This document shows, piece by piece, positions 51,779 through 64,000 of a DNA stretch of 64,000 nucleotides. The notes under the pieces are model-generated. The model ran no database searches and was not told the origin of the DNA. It saw only the letters and a program-made list of their open reading frames with translations. The position numbers and the translations under genes are program-made. Position 1 is the stretch's first letter; every line of letters starts with the position of its first letter. This DNA is from Phaeosaccion multiseriatum. Its lineage: Eukaryota > Protista > Ochrophyta, other classes. Location: assembly GCA_965112735.1 (NCBI GenBank), contig OZ218960.1, forward strand, positions 2,480,001-2,544,000, given 5' to 3'.

Positions 51779-54316
51779 ATGGCCAGCACTTCGGCCTTTA
51801 CCTCGATGCTGGGCCCGATGCTCACCTCGGCCACCGGCAAGGAGCAAGACACCGCGACAGCCCTGGCGGGCAAGGTAGTGGGTCTCTACTTCTCAGCACA
51901 CTGGTGTAAGTCGAGAACAGGACTCTGTGGGGACAGGTCATCCACACTCTCTTTGGTGTTTCCATTGCTGCCCCCCTTTTTCCTCTCTCATTTCTCTCCC
52001 TCTTCCTTCCTCCCCGCTCCGCACTGTTTCTCCCCCGCTTAGGCCCGCCCTGCAGGGGCTTCACGCCCAAACTCGTCGAGTAAGTGCTCTGAAGAGCAAA
52101 CATCTCAGCTCTCTTTGTGCTTCTTGGGCGCTTCACAATGCACTCCGCAACACCTTCTTCTCAATTGTCCCCCCTTGGCCCTCGCCTTTATCCTTGCCTT
52201 GCAGGTCCTACAAGGCCATCAAGGCATCTGGTAAGGACTTGGAGATTGTGTTTGTCTCTTCCGATAAGAGCGACGCGCAGTTCAAGGAGTACCTGTCGGA
52301 GATGCCGTGGCTCGCCCTCCCCTTCGACCAGCGAGAGGCCAAGGCCAAACTCTCCACCAAGTTCAAGGTGCGTGCGGTGTAGTCATCAAGCTATAAACAG
52401 ATGGAAGTGCAGTGCGGGCCTTTGAGTGCAGTCTCAACCACTGACGGCTGGAGTCTGCTGCATGATGGTATGGACATGACTCCTCAGCAGCTCCCCCTCC
52501 AGTTTTGGTGTGTGTGGGGTAGGTAGGGGATTCGTTGTTTCTTTGTGTGTGTGTTGTTGGCTTTCTGCTCACATCCTTGCCATCCGCGCTACTTCCATGG
52601 ACGACAAGGTTCGAGGCATCCCTTCGCTCGTTTTCCTCGACACCGACGGAAAGGTTATCACCATGGATGGGAGAGAAGAGGTCATGGCCGATATTTCGGT
52701 GAGTTCGTGGGTGAGCAAGGGAGGGAGGGAAGGAAGGAAGGAGGGAGGGAAGGAAGGAAGGAAGGAAGGAAGGAAGGAAGGAAGGAAGGAAGGAAGGAAG
52801 ACGAATGAAAGGAACGAGGGAGTAGGTGAGCTGAGTGATTCAGTGAGTTCGAGAGAGAGAGAGAGAGTGCATGAGTGAGTGGGTCAGAGAGTGGCTGAGT
52901 GAAAGAGTGCGCCAGCGAATGAGTGAGCGAGATGTGAGCAACTCGCTCGCATAACTTGCTCAATCATGAGAGTAACTGGGTAGGCCATTGCCGACAACAC
53001 AGCGAAGGCTAACCTTTGAAGTCGTGGCGCTCCGTTTCGTCCTCCACACCGTGTCTCCTGCTCACTTCTCCGCCCACTCCTCCACCACTCTGGTACCGAC
53101 CCACCCACCCACCCACCAACCAACCAACCACTCCAGGGAGCCAACTTTCCCTGGACGCCCAAGCCTCTGAAGGAGCTCTTGGGGGAGGAGTTTGTGGGGC
53201 ACGGCGGCAAAGGGAAGGTCGGGAAGGAGGCCATTGAGGGCAAGACCCTCGGCCTCTACTTCAGGTGAAGGAAGGGTGATGCCCTATGGATGGCACCCTA
53301 GGTTTTTGTTGATATGACACAGAGAGCTCGCTCACCTCCCTGTCTTTGTCTCGGTCCCGCAGTGCCCATTGGTGCCCTCCCTGCAAGGCCTTCACCCCGG
53401 TGCTCAGCGAGGCATACCAATGCATCAAGAAGAGCGGTACGTAAGGGGTTACGTGAGGGGTGCAGTGCAGATACAGAACGAAAAGGTGTAGAAGCATATC
53501 GTAAACATACGTGCTCCTTCTTTCGCTTGCAGCCTTGCATGGATCGTCGGGCCTCTGTCTGCGTGCGTTTCCGATTCCACAGACGTACACACTCACAAGT
53601 CACTGCTACAACTGCTGCTGCTGCACTCAGACAAAGGAGCCGACATGGAGATTGTCTTCATCTCCAGCGACCGGAGCGAGGCCCAGTTCAACGAGTACCA
53701 CGCGGACCAACCATGGCTGGCGCTACCTTTTGCAAATAGGGAAGCAAAGGAAAAGATCAGCAAAATGTTTCAGGTCGGTGAGCGAGTCAGTCAACACACA
53801 CTCTCTCTCTCTCTCTCTCTCGCTTGCTTCCAAGTCAGTCAGCACACACACACTCTCTCTCTCTCTCGCTCGCTCTCGCTCTCTGTTCCACGCCGCTCCG
53901 CTCACGCGCGTCCAATTTCCGCTCACTGCCCTCTTGGGGGGAGGGGAACTCTGTGCTGGCCTCCCTCCCTCCTCCTCGACTCGTCTGCGGTGCTCTGACC
54001 CCCCCTCCCCCTCCCCTCCCCTCCTTTTGTCTGTCTGCCTCTTTGCGCCCTCGTCCATTTGCCTCTCTTGCACAGGTGCAAGGCATCCCCTCTCTCGTCA
54101 CCATTGGGCCGGACGGAGAGGTGATCAACGCGTCTGCACGCGGGCAAGTGGATGCCGATCGGAAGGGGGAGGACTTCCCCTGGCATCCCAAGCCGGTTGG
54201 GGAGCTGTCTCAGTCCCTGGAGAGCGGAGGTCTCAGCATTAACGAATGCGCGGTGAGTGCCATAATGTGACTGGCATCACCCTACAGCGGGAGGAAGGAG
54301 GTCACCGGGCACGCGC

Positions 54317-54381
<65 letters not shown>

Positions 54382-54410
54382 CGTGTGTGTGTGTGGGTGT
54401 GGGTGTGTGG

Positions 54411-54461
<51 letters not shown>

Positions 54462-55461
54462 CAAGGCTTCTCCTTTTCCCTCTTTGCGTTTGCGAGTGTT
54501 TCTTAACCGACGGGTGGTCTGCTATGCCTCCTCTTGCTCTCTTCTCCCACGCGGCCCCAGTCCCTCATCCTGCTAATGGAGGGGTGCGACGACCTCGACC
54601 AGCGAGAGCTTGGTGACGCTCTAGAGAAGCTGGCGGTGGACGCCAAGGCTGCTGCTGCCCAGAGCGGGGCAGACCCTAACCTACTCTACTTTACGGCCAA
54701 GGTGCGTACTACTTCGTACGTACGTAGTACTATGTACATGCTTGCTGACACCTCAATGGGGGTGATGTGTCTGTCTGTGTGTGTCTCTTGGTCTGTCCTG
54801 CTCGGCCACACACACGCTCACACAGTGTTGTTGGGTGATGGGGTGTGCTGTGCTGTGGTGTTGTGTGTGCCGTGGTGTGACGTGATACGGGTGTGGGAAG
54901 GGCGAAGCTGTGCACTTGGTGTATGTATGTACGTGTACGAGCCTTGCGTTGGGTGCGTCTTGTGGATGGGGTGTGGCAGACCGGCAGTACAGCGGCACTG
55001 CGGCACAGCGGCCCGCCGGGCAGGGCACGAGGAGTACGAGGACGAGGACCCGACTACTCGAGGGAGCTGTGGGAGGGAGGGAGGGAGGCTGATTTTAGAG
55101 TCTGTTTTTCAATCATTTGTTTTTTGTTCATTGACAAAAGCACCGTTTGCAAAGTAAAGTGCCTTGCAAGAGACTTAACCGCCGCCGATCTCCTTCTGCC
55201 CCTTTCCATGACCCTTCCCATATGTATATAACCCCTTCCCCATGACCCCGCCACACACAGGCGAGCGGGCCGGCCGTGGTGCAAGTGCGCAAGATGGCCA
55301 AGCAGAAGGAGGGGGGCGACACCGCACAAATGGTCATCCTGGACCTCCCCGGAGAGGGGCTGTACGTGTTTGAGGGGGAAGTCACGGCAGATGCGGTGAC
55401 GGCCTTTGCAGCGGACTTTGGGGCCGGCAAGCTCAAGAAGGAGGCGCTCACCTTCAATTAA
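51779..55461 (+). CDS. NXN: Nucleoredoxin/tryparedoxin-like protein (two WCPPC thioredoxin domains plus a C-terminal domain)
   Basis: GLYFSAHW|[25 protein letters not shown], a second GLYF|[13 protein letters not shown], and GIPSLV. Confidence 0.9.
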
Positions 55462-55886
55462 AGGGAGGGAGGAGGAGGGAGTGACGCCGGGTACTCGATC
55501 TTCGCAGTCAATTAAAGGGAGGGAGGAGGAGGGAGTGACGCCGGGTACTCGATCTTCGCAGTAGGGGGGTCGAAGTATGCTTTTTCCTTGCTGCTGTGGC
55601 TGCCTGCGTGACATACTGTATGGCATGTGGGGGGGCCTCGTAAACATGTATGTGTGACCTGAGGCTCTCTCTCTCTCTCACTCTCTCTCTCTTCCTCTCT
55701 CTCTCTCTCGTCACGGCCGACTGGAGAGAGTACCAGAGGCATTTTCTTGGCTTGAAGCGCTCTGAGCCACACTCGCGCAGCAATAGACAAGAGAAGAAGG
55801 TTGTGAGAGGAGCCCTCGCCTCGTCTCGGCCCTGTACTTCAAAAATAGATTAAAAATTAAATCTCTACTACTCCTACTGTACTACT

Positions 55887-55933
<47 letters not shown>

Positions 55934-55974
55934 TTCTTCACCGAGTGCTTGCTCGCCCACAGCCCCCCGGCCAA

Positions 55975-58900
55975 TCACCACCACTTTTGCTTATTGTTCT
56001 TCGTTTTCTCATCTTTCTTCTTGTTCTTGTTCTTCGTTTTCTGATCATTCTTGTTCTTGTTCTTCGTTTCCTTATCATTCTTGTTCTTGTTCTTCGTTTC
56101 CTTATCATTCTTGTTCTTGTTTTGCGTTTCCTTATCATTCTTGTTCTTCGTTTCCTTCTCATTCTTGTTCTTGTTCTTCGTTTCCTTCTCATTCTTGTTC
56201 TTCGTTTCCTTATCATTCTTGTTCTTGTTTTTCGTTTCCTTCTCATTCTTGTTCTTGTTCTTCGTTTCCTTATCATTCTTGTTCTTGTTCTTCGTTTCCT
56301 TCTCATTCTTGTTCTTGTTTTTCGTTTCCTTATCATTCTTGTTCTTGTTCTTCGTTTCCTTATCATTCTTGTTCTTGTTCTTCGTTTCCTTACCATTCTT
56401 GTTCTTGTTCTTCTTGGAGGAGGAGGAAGGAGAGGGCTGGGAGGGAGCCGAGGCGGACCAGGAGGCGGACCAGGGGGAGGGGGAGGGGGAGGGGTGGGTG
56501 CCACCCAAGGCCGGGCACTGAACGTAGTCTTGAGAACCGTCGGAGGAAGCCGTTTCGTCGCAGAGCCTGCACCCCGTGGAGATGACGTCACCGCCCTGGC
56601 ATCCTGACAACTCGTAGCAAGAGGAACCGTTGCACGTACACAGGTCGCACGCCGGGCTCGCACCGCTGGTCCCATCGGTCTGTGGTGGGGGAAGTAAGGG
56701 GACAGCAGGAGGGAGAGGAGGGAGAGGAGGGAGAGGAGGGAGAGGAGGGAGGAGGGATAACGCTGTGTGCGTGAAGGGGGCGGCGGGGAGGACGATCATT
56801 CTGGCTGGAGGGAGTGCAAGTGAGTAGCTAGGGATTGTGTGTGAAGTACTTTCACTCTCGGTGGGCAAGCAAGTGGAAGGACTTACCACGACGCCAGGCT
56901 CCGTTGTGATGCACGCTGAAGAGGGTGCTGTGGCGCTTGCGCAAGTAGCGGTGAAGGGTGCGGCAGCGCAAGAGAATGCGCAGGAAGGGGTGTAGTCCTG
57001 TACCGCACAGTGAGAGCCGCCTTGTCCGACGGTGAGTCCGTACACCTCGCATCGGACACCAGAAGCCGTAGCCGGGGCAGCAAACGTGGCCAAGTTGATC
57101 AACCCACCGCTCTGGTCGAGCACCGAAGGATCGAATGCGGTAGTAGCCTTCTCGCGGCCTGCTCCTGTCTCCTCACCCCTCCCCCCACACTCAAAGGAGT
57201 CTCTGTGAGCTCGGGCTCGAGCGGCGCAAAGGTCGGCGGGTGCCTTACCAGGGGTGAGGGCGGAGATTTGCCACGGACAGACACACACCACGGGAAAGGT
57301 TCCCTGAGGGCACTCCTCATAGCAGTCTACTGACTCATCATGCTGGGGGGCGTCGTCGTCGTCGGAGGAGGACGAGGAGGAGGAGGCGGAATCGGACGAG
57401 GAGGAGGAGGAAGAAGAAGAGGAGGAGGAGGAAGAGGAGGGGGGGGAAGAAGAAGAGGAGGGGGAGAAGTACCCGAGCTTCCGCCTACTCCCCCGCGTCC
57501 GATGGTCGTCGGTGACGCAGTGGACGGCATTGGTGGCGTGGTCGACGACGCTCGAGTAGCCCAGCGCCGAGCAAGCACTGCTGCTGTGATCGCCATACTT
57601 GTCGATGGCCTCCATAACAGGCACATAACGCAGTTGTGCTTCATCCCCCTTGTCCTTCTCCTCCTCCTCCCCCTCGGTCTCGCCGGTGGCACTAACCACT
57701 CGAAGGCGTCGAGTACGGTTGGGGACGGTGGCGTCCACCTCAATGGGCCACGTCTCCGTCCCTGTCGTGTCGGCCTTTCTGCAAGCCGTCACCTCAACGT
57801 CGTACTTTGCAAAGATACACCTGTAGGCGACTCCAAGCGTGTCCTCATCAAGTGGGTTCGTATTGGAGCACGTTCCAGTCACTTTAAAGTGAGGTTCCTG
57901 GCCCGTATTTGCATTGCACCCGGGTAGATGGAGGTCGTACTCGCATGTGGCGCTGAGAAGATCACATTCGTTGTGATTCGCGCAGGAACGCTGGGGGTTG
58001 GCCGGGTCGAAGCCGATGGAGGAGTCGAGGAAGGAGGCGATGTTGAGGCCCTTGGGACATGCACGGGGGCAGGTTGTGGCGGAGTCGTACTGTTGATTCG
58101 TCACAGTACGATAGTCGGGCCGGGGCAAGTGCGTTTCCGAGTTGTTGTTGATAAGCACACGGGACGGCAGGACCGATAGAGAAGGCATGACAGAGAAGGG
58201 ACGGGAGGATAAGAGGGTTGGGGGAGAGCGAGCAGGGAGAGGGGGCAAGGAATACGAGTGTGAGTACAGTGCCCCAGGCAAACGATGGAGGGCCTGCAGA
58301 CTAAGTATAGCTACATGGCACAGAGTACAGGCACGCTGCAAACAGAGCAGCACCAGCACAAGGCGGGTGAGGTGGAGCAAGCAAGAGCAAGCAGGGCTCT
58401 ACGGGGTCTCAGGATAGAAAAGAAAGGCAAGTAGGCACGAGTAGAGGCGAGGTCAGAAGGCGCCGGATCCTCCTCACATCCAATTTGTTTAATTCAGCAA
58501 AGGCAAACCAACCACCACTCACCGACGACGGAGCGGGACCCTCGCAAACGTAGCCTGCCAGGAACGGGGTGGAGTTGGGGGAGGGGCACGTCGAGACGCT
58601 CCAGGTGCCAATAGTTCCCGAGTACGTGCCGCACTCGCCTTGCGAGCTTATCCAGACTAGGCCTTCGAAATTTGCCCCCAGGAGGCCTTGGACGACTGTC
58701 GCTTTAGCAGGATCGTCCACAGACATGAGGGCGGCGTTGCGATCCTCACACGCTGCCTTTGCGTCCATGTAGGAGACTTCGGTCTGCACGTAGGTATACT
58801 CTAATTGATTCACGCCCAACGCCCCCGGCCGTGACAGGCAGTCCCCGCCAGACGGGGAGGTGAGGTTGGAAGGAAGAGAGGGAGGCGTGACAGGAGCGGG

Positions 58901-59099
58901 GGGTTAGCTTAGGGCGAAAGAGGAAAGATAGAGGCCGATACCACCAATGCCTACCTTGATCAGCCGAGGTCATCACCAGGTTGCCTGCTGCTGCTGTAGT
59001 GGTGATGGACCCTGCCACCAGCACCAACCACGCCTGAGGGAGAAAGGTGGTCCCAAGAAGCGCGGCCACTAGCGTGAGATGCCTGGCGACGGACGACAT
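55975..59099 (-). CDS. Secreted modular protein: C-type lectin-like domain, Cys-rich regions, Lys/Asn-rich C-terminal repeats; about 4 exons
   Basis: Signal peptide; SYMDAKAACEDRNAALMSV...VWI...C...W...C...YVCE; Cys-rich exon; terminal (KETKNKNKND)n. Confidence 0.75.
55990..56415 (-). repeat. Coding minisatellite, 30/24-bp units encoding KETKNKNKN(D/E)
   Basis: About 14 units, read directly. Confidence 0.95.
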
Positions 59100-59728
59100 G
59101 GATGTTCTTTGGTTTGTTGGTCTCATTCCTTTTTGTAAAAAGGAGAGCGATATCCTCGCTCCTTCCTGCCTCCTTGCGTCAATTCTTCTTGGCTTGATGC
59201 TGGATAGTGTCGTGTATTAGGGTTGTGTAAATTCTTTTCGGCATCGCGCCTTTTTGTACTTGTGTGGATGCCTTCACAAAAAGAAAGGAAGGTTTGAAGG
59301 TTTCGTTTTTTTTCTTTTCTAGCTGTGATCCGAATGACCAACTGCCCTCCCCCCCCCTTATCCCTTATCGGCTTCTTCTGAGTTTTACGATTTTACAGAG
59401 TTTTATCAATATGATTATCCAGATACAGATGTAACAATACAGGCTTTCAGCAGCTTCACCTCGTTCACCGACAGCGCGGTACCAGGTACGATTGTGGCGG
59501 GGAAGAGTAAAGGCTGGGAGAATCTGAGAGAAGTCGGACCCATTCCCCATATTGACTCTCTTCCCTTCGAAGAAAAATGGGGAGGAGTGCAGAAGAAACC
59601 GTCTTTGGACCACACCTCTTCTCCTATCCACCTCATTTACCTCTCCCTCCTTCCCGCCTCCCGTACAGGCTTCACTCTCCCGGAGCGTTCACAGTCCTTT
59701 AATCCCCGCCAGGCTCTCTTGGGGATCG

Positions 59729-62323
59729 ATGGAAGAAGACTCCCGCTTGACCGATGGGAAAGACTGGAGCCGGTGTGTTGAGCTAGCCATTGAGTCCCTC
59801 CAAGTGCTTGAAGGAAGTGGCGGGGAAGAAGGTCAGGGGGGGGGGCTGGAACGACTGGCGGCAGCAGCGGCGGAAGCCGTAGGAGCTGGAGCAGGGGCAG
59901 GAGCAGGAGAAGCACAGGGAGGAGAAGTGGCAGCAGAAGGAGGGGGAGAAGGTGGAGGAGAAGCAGGAGTAGCAGGAGTAGTAGCAGCAGCAGCAGCAGC
60001 GGGAGGAGCAGGAGGAGGAGGAGGAGGAGGAGGAGGAGGAGAAGCAGCAGCGGGGAGAGGGAGGGGAGGACTGAGGGCTGCACATGAGGGACTCAGCCCC
60101 ACTGCTCAAACTCTGGGAGTGGTGATAAAGTTCGGGTTCGAGCAGGTCCAACGCATGGTCAAACTCCTCCGGCAGCACCGAAAGTCCAACGTTACCCTCG
60201 CCCGACACGGTAATGCCTCGGCCGCTGCCCTATTGCCTCCTCCTCTTCCTCCTCCTTCTCCTCCGCCTGCATGCCCGAGAGCGGAGCTGGAGCAAGGCCT
60301 GGAGAGGTTGTGCGCCACGCTGCTGAGTCTGCAGGAGGAAAGAGAGAACCACTTTGGCTGCTGTAGAAAGGAAGTATACCTCAATGAGATCACGCTCCTC
60401 CAGGCCAGGGTAAGTGGTACCCCAAACGAGCCAAAAGGCACTCGGCTCCCCACCTGCCAGTATGGTGTGTCCAATGACTTTGTTGGCGCGAGAAGTATAT
60501 CACCAACTCCCCTACTATGTGCTCTTCGTACCTCTGCGCATCGGCCCGTGTGCTGGACCGTGAATATTACACTTCGTTGACATACCTCCCCCCCTCCCTC
60601 TCTGTCCCTTAACCCTTTTCTCTTCCCCTTCCTCCCCTAGATGTGGAAGCTCATTCAGCAGGCGCGGCAAGAAGGAGGAGGAGCAGTGGGGGCGGGGCAG
60701 CATGACGAGAGGGTCTCCCCCACCACTCGCAGAGCCACCGCAGGCTCTCACCAGACCGCATTTAGGTACGTGCGGTGCCGACAGGCAGACACACTTTTGC
60801 CTGATGTACCACCAACTAACTGGTCTTTCTTCTGCGGCTGCGTATCACCAACTGCTCCAGTTGCAGTTGCTACATTGCGTCGCTGTGGTGGCGGGCAAGC
60901 TTCGGAGAGAGTACGACGCGAGTGAGCTGGACGGCCTTCAGAGCCGCTTTCATCGAGCAGGTAGGGAGGGTGGGTAGTGCATGACTGTGGGATGGCAGTA
61001 GAAGGCAGTAGAAGGCAGTAGAAGGCAGGGGAGGGATGGCAGCGGAAGACGGTACAGGAATGGCAGTGGATGGATAGGACACCTTTCACCAAGACGATAT
61101 ACTCATGTCTCTCTGCCCATCCCCCCCCCTCCCCCCCGGCCCCTTCGTTGACTTACATCGGACCAGTTCGGCTCTCAGCTGGACGACCCGATGCAGAGGT
61201 TGCAAGACGTATTGTGCAGCCCCCCCCGGGACGAGGCTGATGGCGAGACTCCCGGGGGGCGGCAGGTTTCCCGAGGGGCCTCGAGGAGTATGGGAGGGGC
61301 GAGTGTGAGCAGCGCTTCGTCTGTCCGAGCGAGGAGCAGCACTACCGTTCGGAGAAGGAGAGCAGGGGGTGGTAGCAGTAGCAGTAGCAGTAGAAGTTGC
61401 ACGGGAAGAGCAGAGGGGGAAGGAGAGCAGCAGTTCGCAAGTCAACACAACCTTCATCGTTTGGCCCCGCTTCAGCAGCAGCAGCAGCAGCAGCAGGAGG
61501 AGGAGGAGGAGCCAACGCTGAACAACAGTGGTGGTAGTGGTGGAGGAAGAGGAGGAGGAAGTGGCGGCAGTATTGGCGGCGTCGCGGCCAGTGGTGACGA
61601 CAATATATTACCAATGGACCATGGCAGCGACGGGGGAGGAGGGGGGAGTGCGGAGGAGGAGGACGAGGGCAGTGACTGTGAGGACGCCAAAGGAGGAGCA
61701 AGTGGAGCAGTTGGTGATACATGTACCGGTGGGTACCACGTCCACGCTCGGGCCTTTGATGCGTTCACGACGGAGTACGGGGGAGGGCAGGGAGTTTACG
61801 AGGCGTATCAGGCACTTACGGATCCGAAGCGGGTGGTGTATGAGTTCGGAGTGGTTGAGGATGATGCAGATCGCTTCTTCAGCAGACCCTCTGTGGTGCT
61901 AGGCTGTCTGGGGCTGAATATCACTCAGGTAGGTGTGTTTGGGGGGGGGGGGAGGAGAGGAATGGATAGAAAAGAGGGAGAGAGGGAGGGAGGGAGAGAG
62001 AGAGAGAGATGAATAGATAAGAAAGAGGGAGAGACTCGGCTCTTCGAGGGCCAAGCCGTGCTCCCCACTCACTCGTCTTCCTCGCCACCACTCCTCTCCA
62101 CTCCCACCCCTCCTCTCCACTCTTCTCCTCTCTTGTCTACCGTGGTACTTACTTTGTGTATACACTTACATCAACCCTACCAATGACCCTCCCTACGGCC
62201 TCAGCCACCCCTAACCATCCACCCCCTTGCGTAACATGTCTTAACTTTTTAATACAGTAGCTAACAAGTTTCAACCCACCCTCATCCACCCACCCCCAAA
62301 CCACCCACCCACCCACCCACTCA

Positions 62324-62369
<46 letters not shown>

Positions 62370-63602
62370 CTCACTCACTCGCCGACCCACAGATTAGCTG
62401 CGGTGGGCAACACGCAGCCGTGCTCACCGAGGCCGGGGATATTTACACGTGGGGGAGGGGAGGGCTCGGCAGACTCGGTCATGGAGACAGCGTACAGGTG
62501 GAGAGAGCGAGGAGGGTAGAAGCACTCCGTGGGGTGCCCTGTCAACAGGTGGTGTGTGGCTTCGCCTACAGCACTGCCGTCAGTAGAGATGGAGAGCTGT
62601 ACACCTGGGGGGCGGGGGAGAACGGTCGGTTGGGCCTTGGCGATACGGAAGACCGTCTGGTGCCGTGCAAGGTCGACTCACTCCACCCCCGGGTACGTAT
62701 GTCAGTGCGTGCGTGCGTGTGCGTGCGTGCGTGTGTGTGTGTTGTGTGTGTGTGCGTGGGCGCGTGCGTGGGGGATGGGAGGGGGTGATGACTTTGGTCT
62801 TAATATGGGAGACATAAGTGTATCTCACTTCATGTTTATTGACTATTGACTTATTGTTCCTTGATTGGTCTTCCTCACACACTGCTGTTTGTTGACTTGA
62901 TCGTTCCTTCGTTTGTGCTTCCATCGCACACATTCATCCCACCCGGGGACCAATGGTGTGTGTGCGTGCGTGCGTCCGTCCGTGTGTGCGTGTGTGCATG
63001 GGTGCACGTGGGTGCATGCGTGTGTGTGTGTATGCGTGCGTATGCGAACGAACGAACGAACGAACGAACAAAAAACCAAGAACAGGTCTCTCGCGTGTAC
63101 GCAGGGTCAGTCCATACCTGCGTAGCCATGCGGGAGGGAACAGTCTTCTCCTTCGGACGGTGTGAGTACACTGGCCACGGAGAGAGCACAGACCTTCTCA
63201 CCCCCAAGGAGCTTGAGGAGTTTCGAAGTATGCCCGTCAAGGCCATCTCTGTGGGGCCGGGGGGATACCACACCATGGCCCTCACGTGCTCAGGGAGTGT
63301 CTTTACTTGGGGACATAATAGGGTAGGTGTGGGTGGGGTGGGTGGATGGGTACGTGGGTAGGTGTGGGTGTGGGTGGATGGGTAGGTGGGTAGGTGGGTG
63401 CGGGTGTGCGTGCGTGTTACCGTGGGTATGTGCTAGCGCCTCCGATTCTCCGGGCTCTGCCCCCTGGCTCTGACCCCGCCTGTGACCTCTGACCCTCGCC
63501 CTCACCCTGACCGTGGTCCTTCCCCTCCCCCCCCCCTCCCACACCCCCTCATCCTCGCCCCCACCCTCACCCTCACCCCCACCTCACCCTCACCCTCATC
63601 CT

Positions 63603-63681
<79 letters not shown>

Positions 63682-63697
63682 CCCCTCTCATCCTCAC

Positions 63698-63733
<36 letters not shown>

Positions 63734-63745
63734 TCCTTACCCTCG

Positions 63746-63786
<41 letters not shown>

Positions 63787-64000
63787 CCCCTCCCCCTCAC
63801 CCTCACCTCCACCCTCCCCCTCCCCCTTCCCCTCCCCTTCCCCGCCCTCTCCCCTCCCTCTCCCCTCTCCAGGTCGGCCAATTGGGCTTTCCAAACTCCC
63901 TTGGCGTACCCAAGAATGTCGAGGGGGCCCATTTTGTGCCTCGACCCACCAAAGTGGAGGACTTGGAGGGCCTTGGGGTTAGCAAGATTGTAGCCGGCTG
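59729..64000 (+). CDS. RCC1-repeat protein (HERC/UVR8-like), 3' end outside the window
   Basis: [59 protein letters not shown] and [17 protein letters not shown]|VGQLG. Confidence 0.85.
63545..63815. repeat. (CCCTCA)n hexamer array at an intron 3' end
   Basis: Read directly. Confidence 0.9.

Noticed and set aside
51895-52060. Possible selenocysteine in the nucleoredoxin active site
   Set aside because: Splicing gives TGG T|GC CCG CCC TGC = WCPPC, with no in-frame TGA.
55945-56607. Hydrophobic (RFLIILVLVL)n membrane-protein ORF
   Set aside because: Antisense of the Lys/Asn repeat in the spliced minus-strand gene.
63545-63815. Telomere at the window end
   Set aside because: The (CCCTCA)n array lies inside an RCC1-gene intron and coding sequence resumes at about 63873.

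Overview
Gene-dense, intron-rich eukaryotic nuclear DNA. An ochrophyte/stramenopile alga is inferred from the signal-peptide+'AF'/'LRGG' presequences, a vanadium-haloperoxidase-like gene and an ACT-domain kinase. Most long ORFs in the track are artefacts of microsatellite-filled introns. Using GT-AG splicing I can assemble about 15 protein genes: DUF1997-like, TatD, MFSD5-like, an intronless FNIP-repeat gene, mitochondrial EF-G2, KATNAL2, a vanadium haloperoxidase-like protein, an ACT-domain kinase, EngB, TTC4/Cns1, a histone-fold protein, an MFS transporter, nucleoredoxin, a secreted C-type-lectin/Lys-rich protein and a partial RCC1-repeat gene. There is also an intron-containing tRNA-Ser(CGA). 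Four observations stand out. (1) The intronless FNIP/LRR-like array has 19-aa repeats with a hypervariable di-residue, and 17 of 19 differences between two recently duplicated blocks fall in the three variable codons, as in a diversifying receptor. (2) A dispersed 16-mer, GTATCACCAACTGCTG, occurs about 16 times in introns, exons and intergenic DNA with a sense-strand bias. (3) Introns are polar, G-rich at the 5' end and C-rich at the 3' end, and a second motif (GGATGGCAGTGGA) flips orientation accordingly. (4) Three genes carry tandem duplications overlapping their stop codons. All gene models are manual and not transcript-confirmed.
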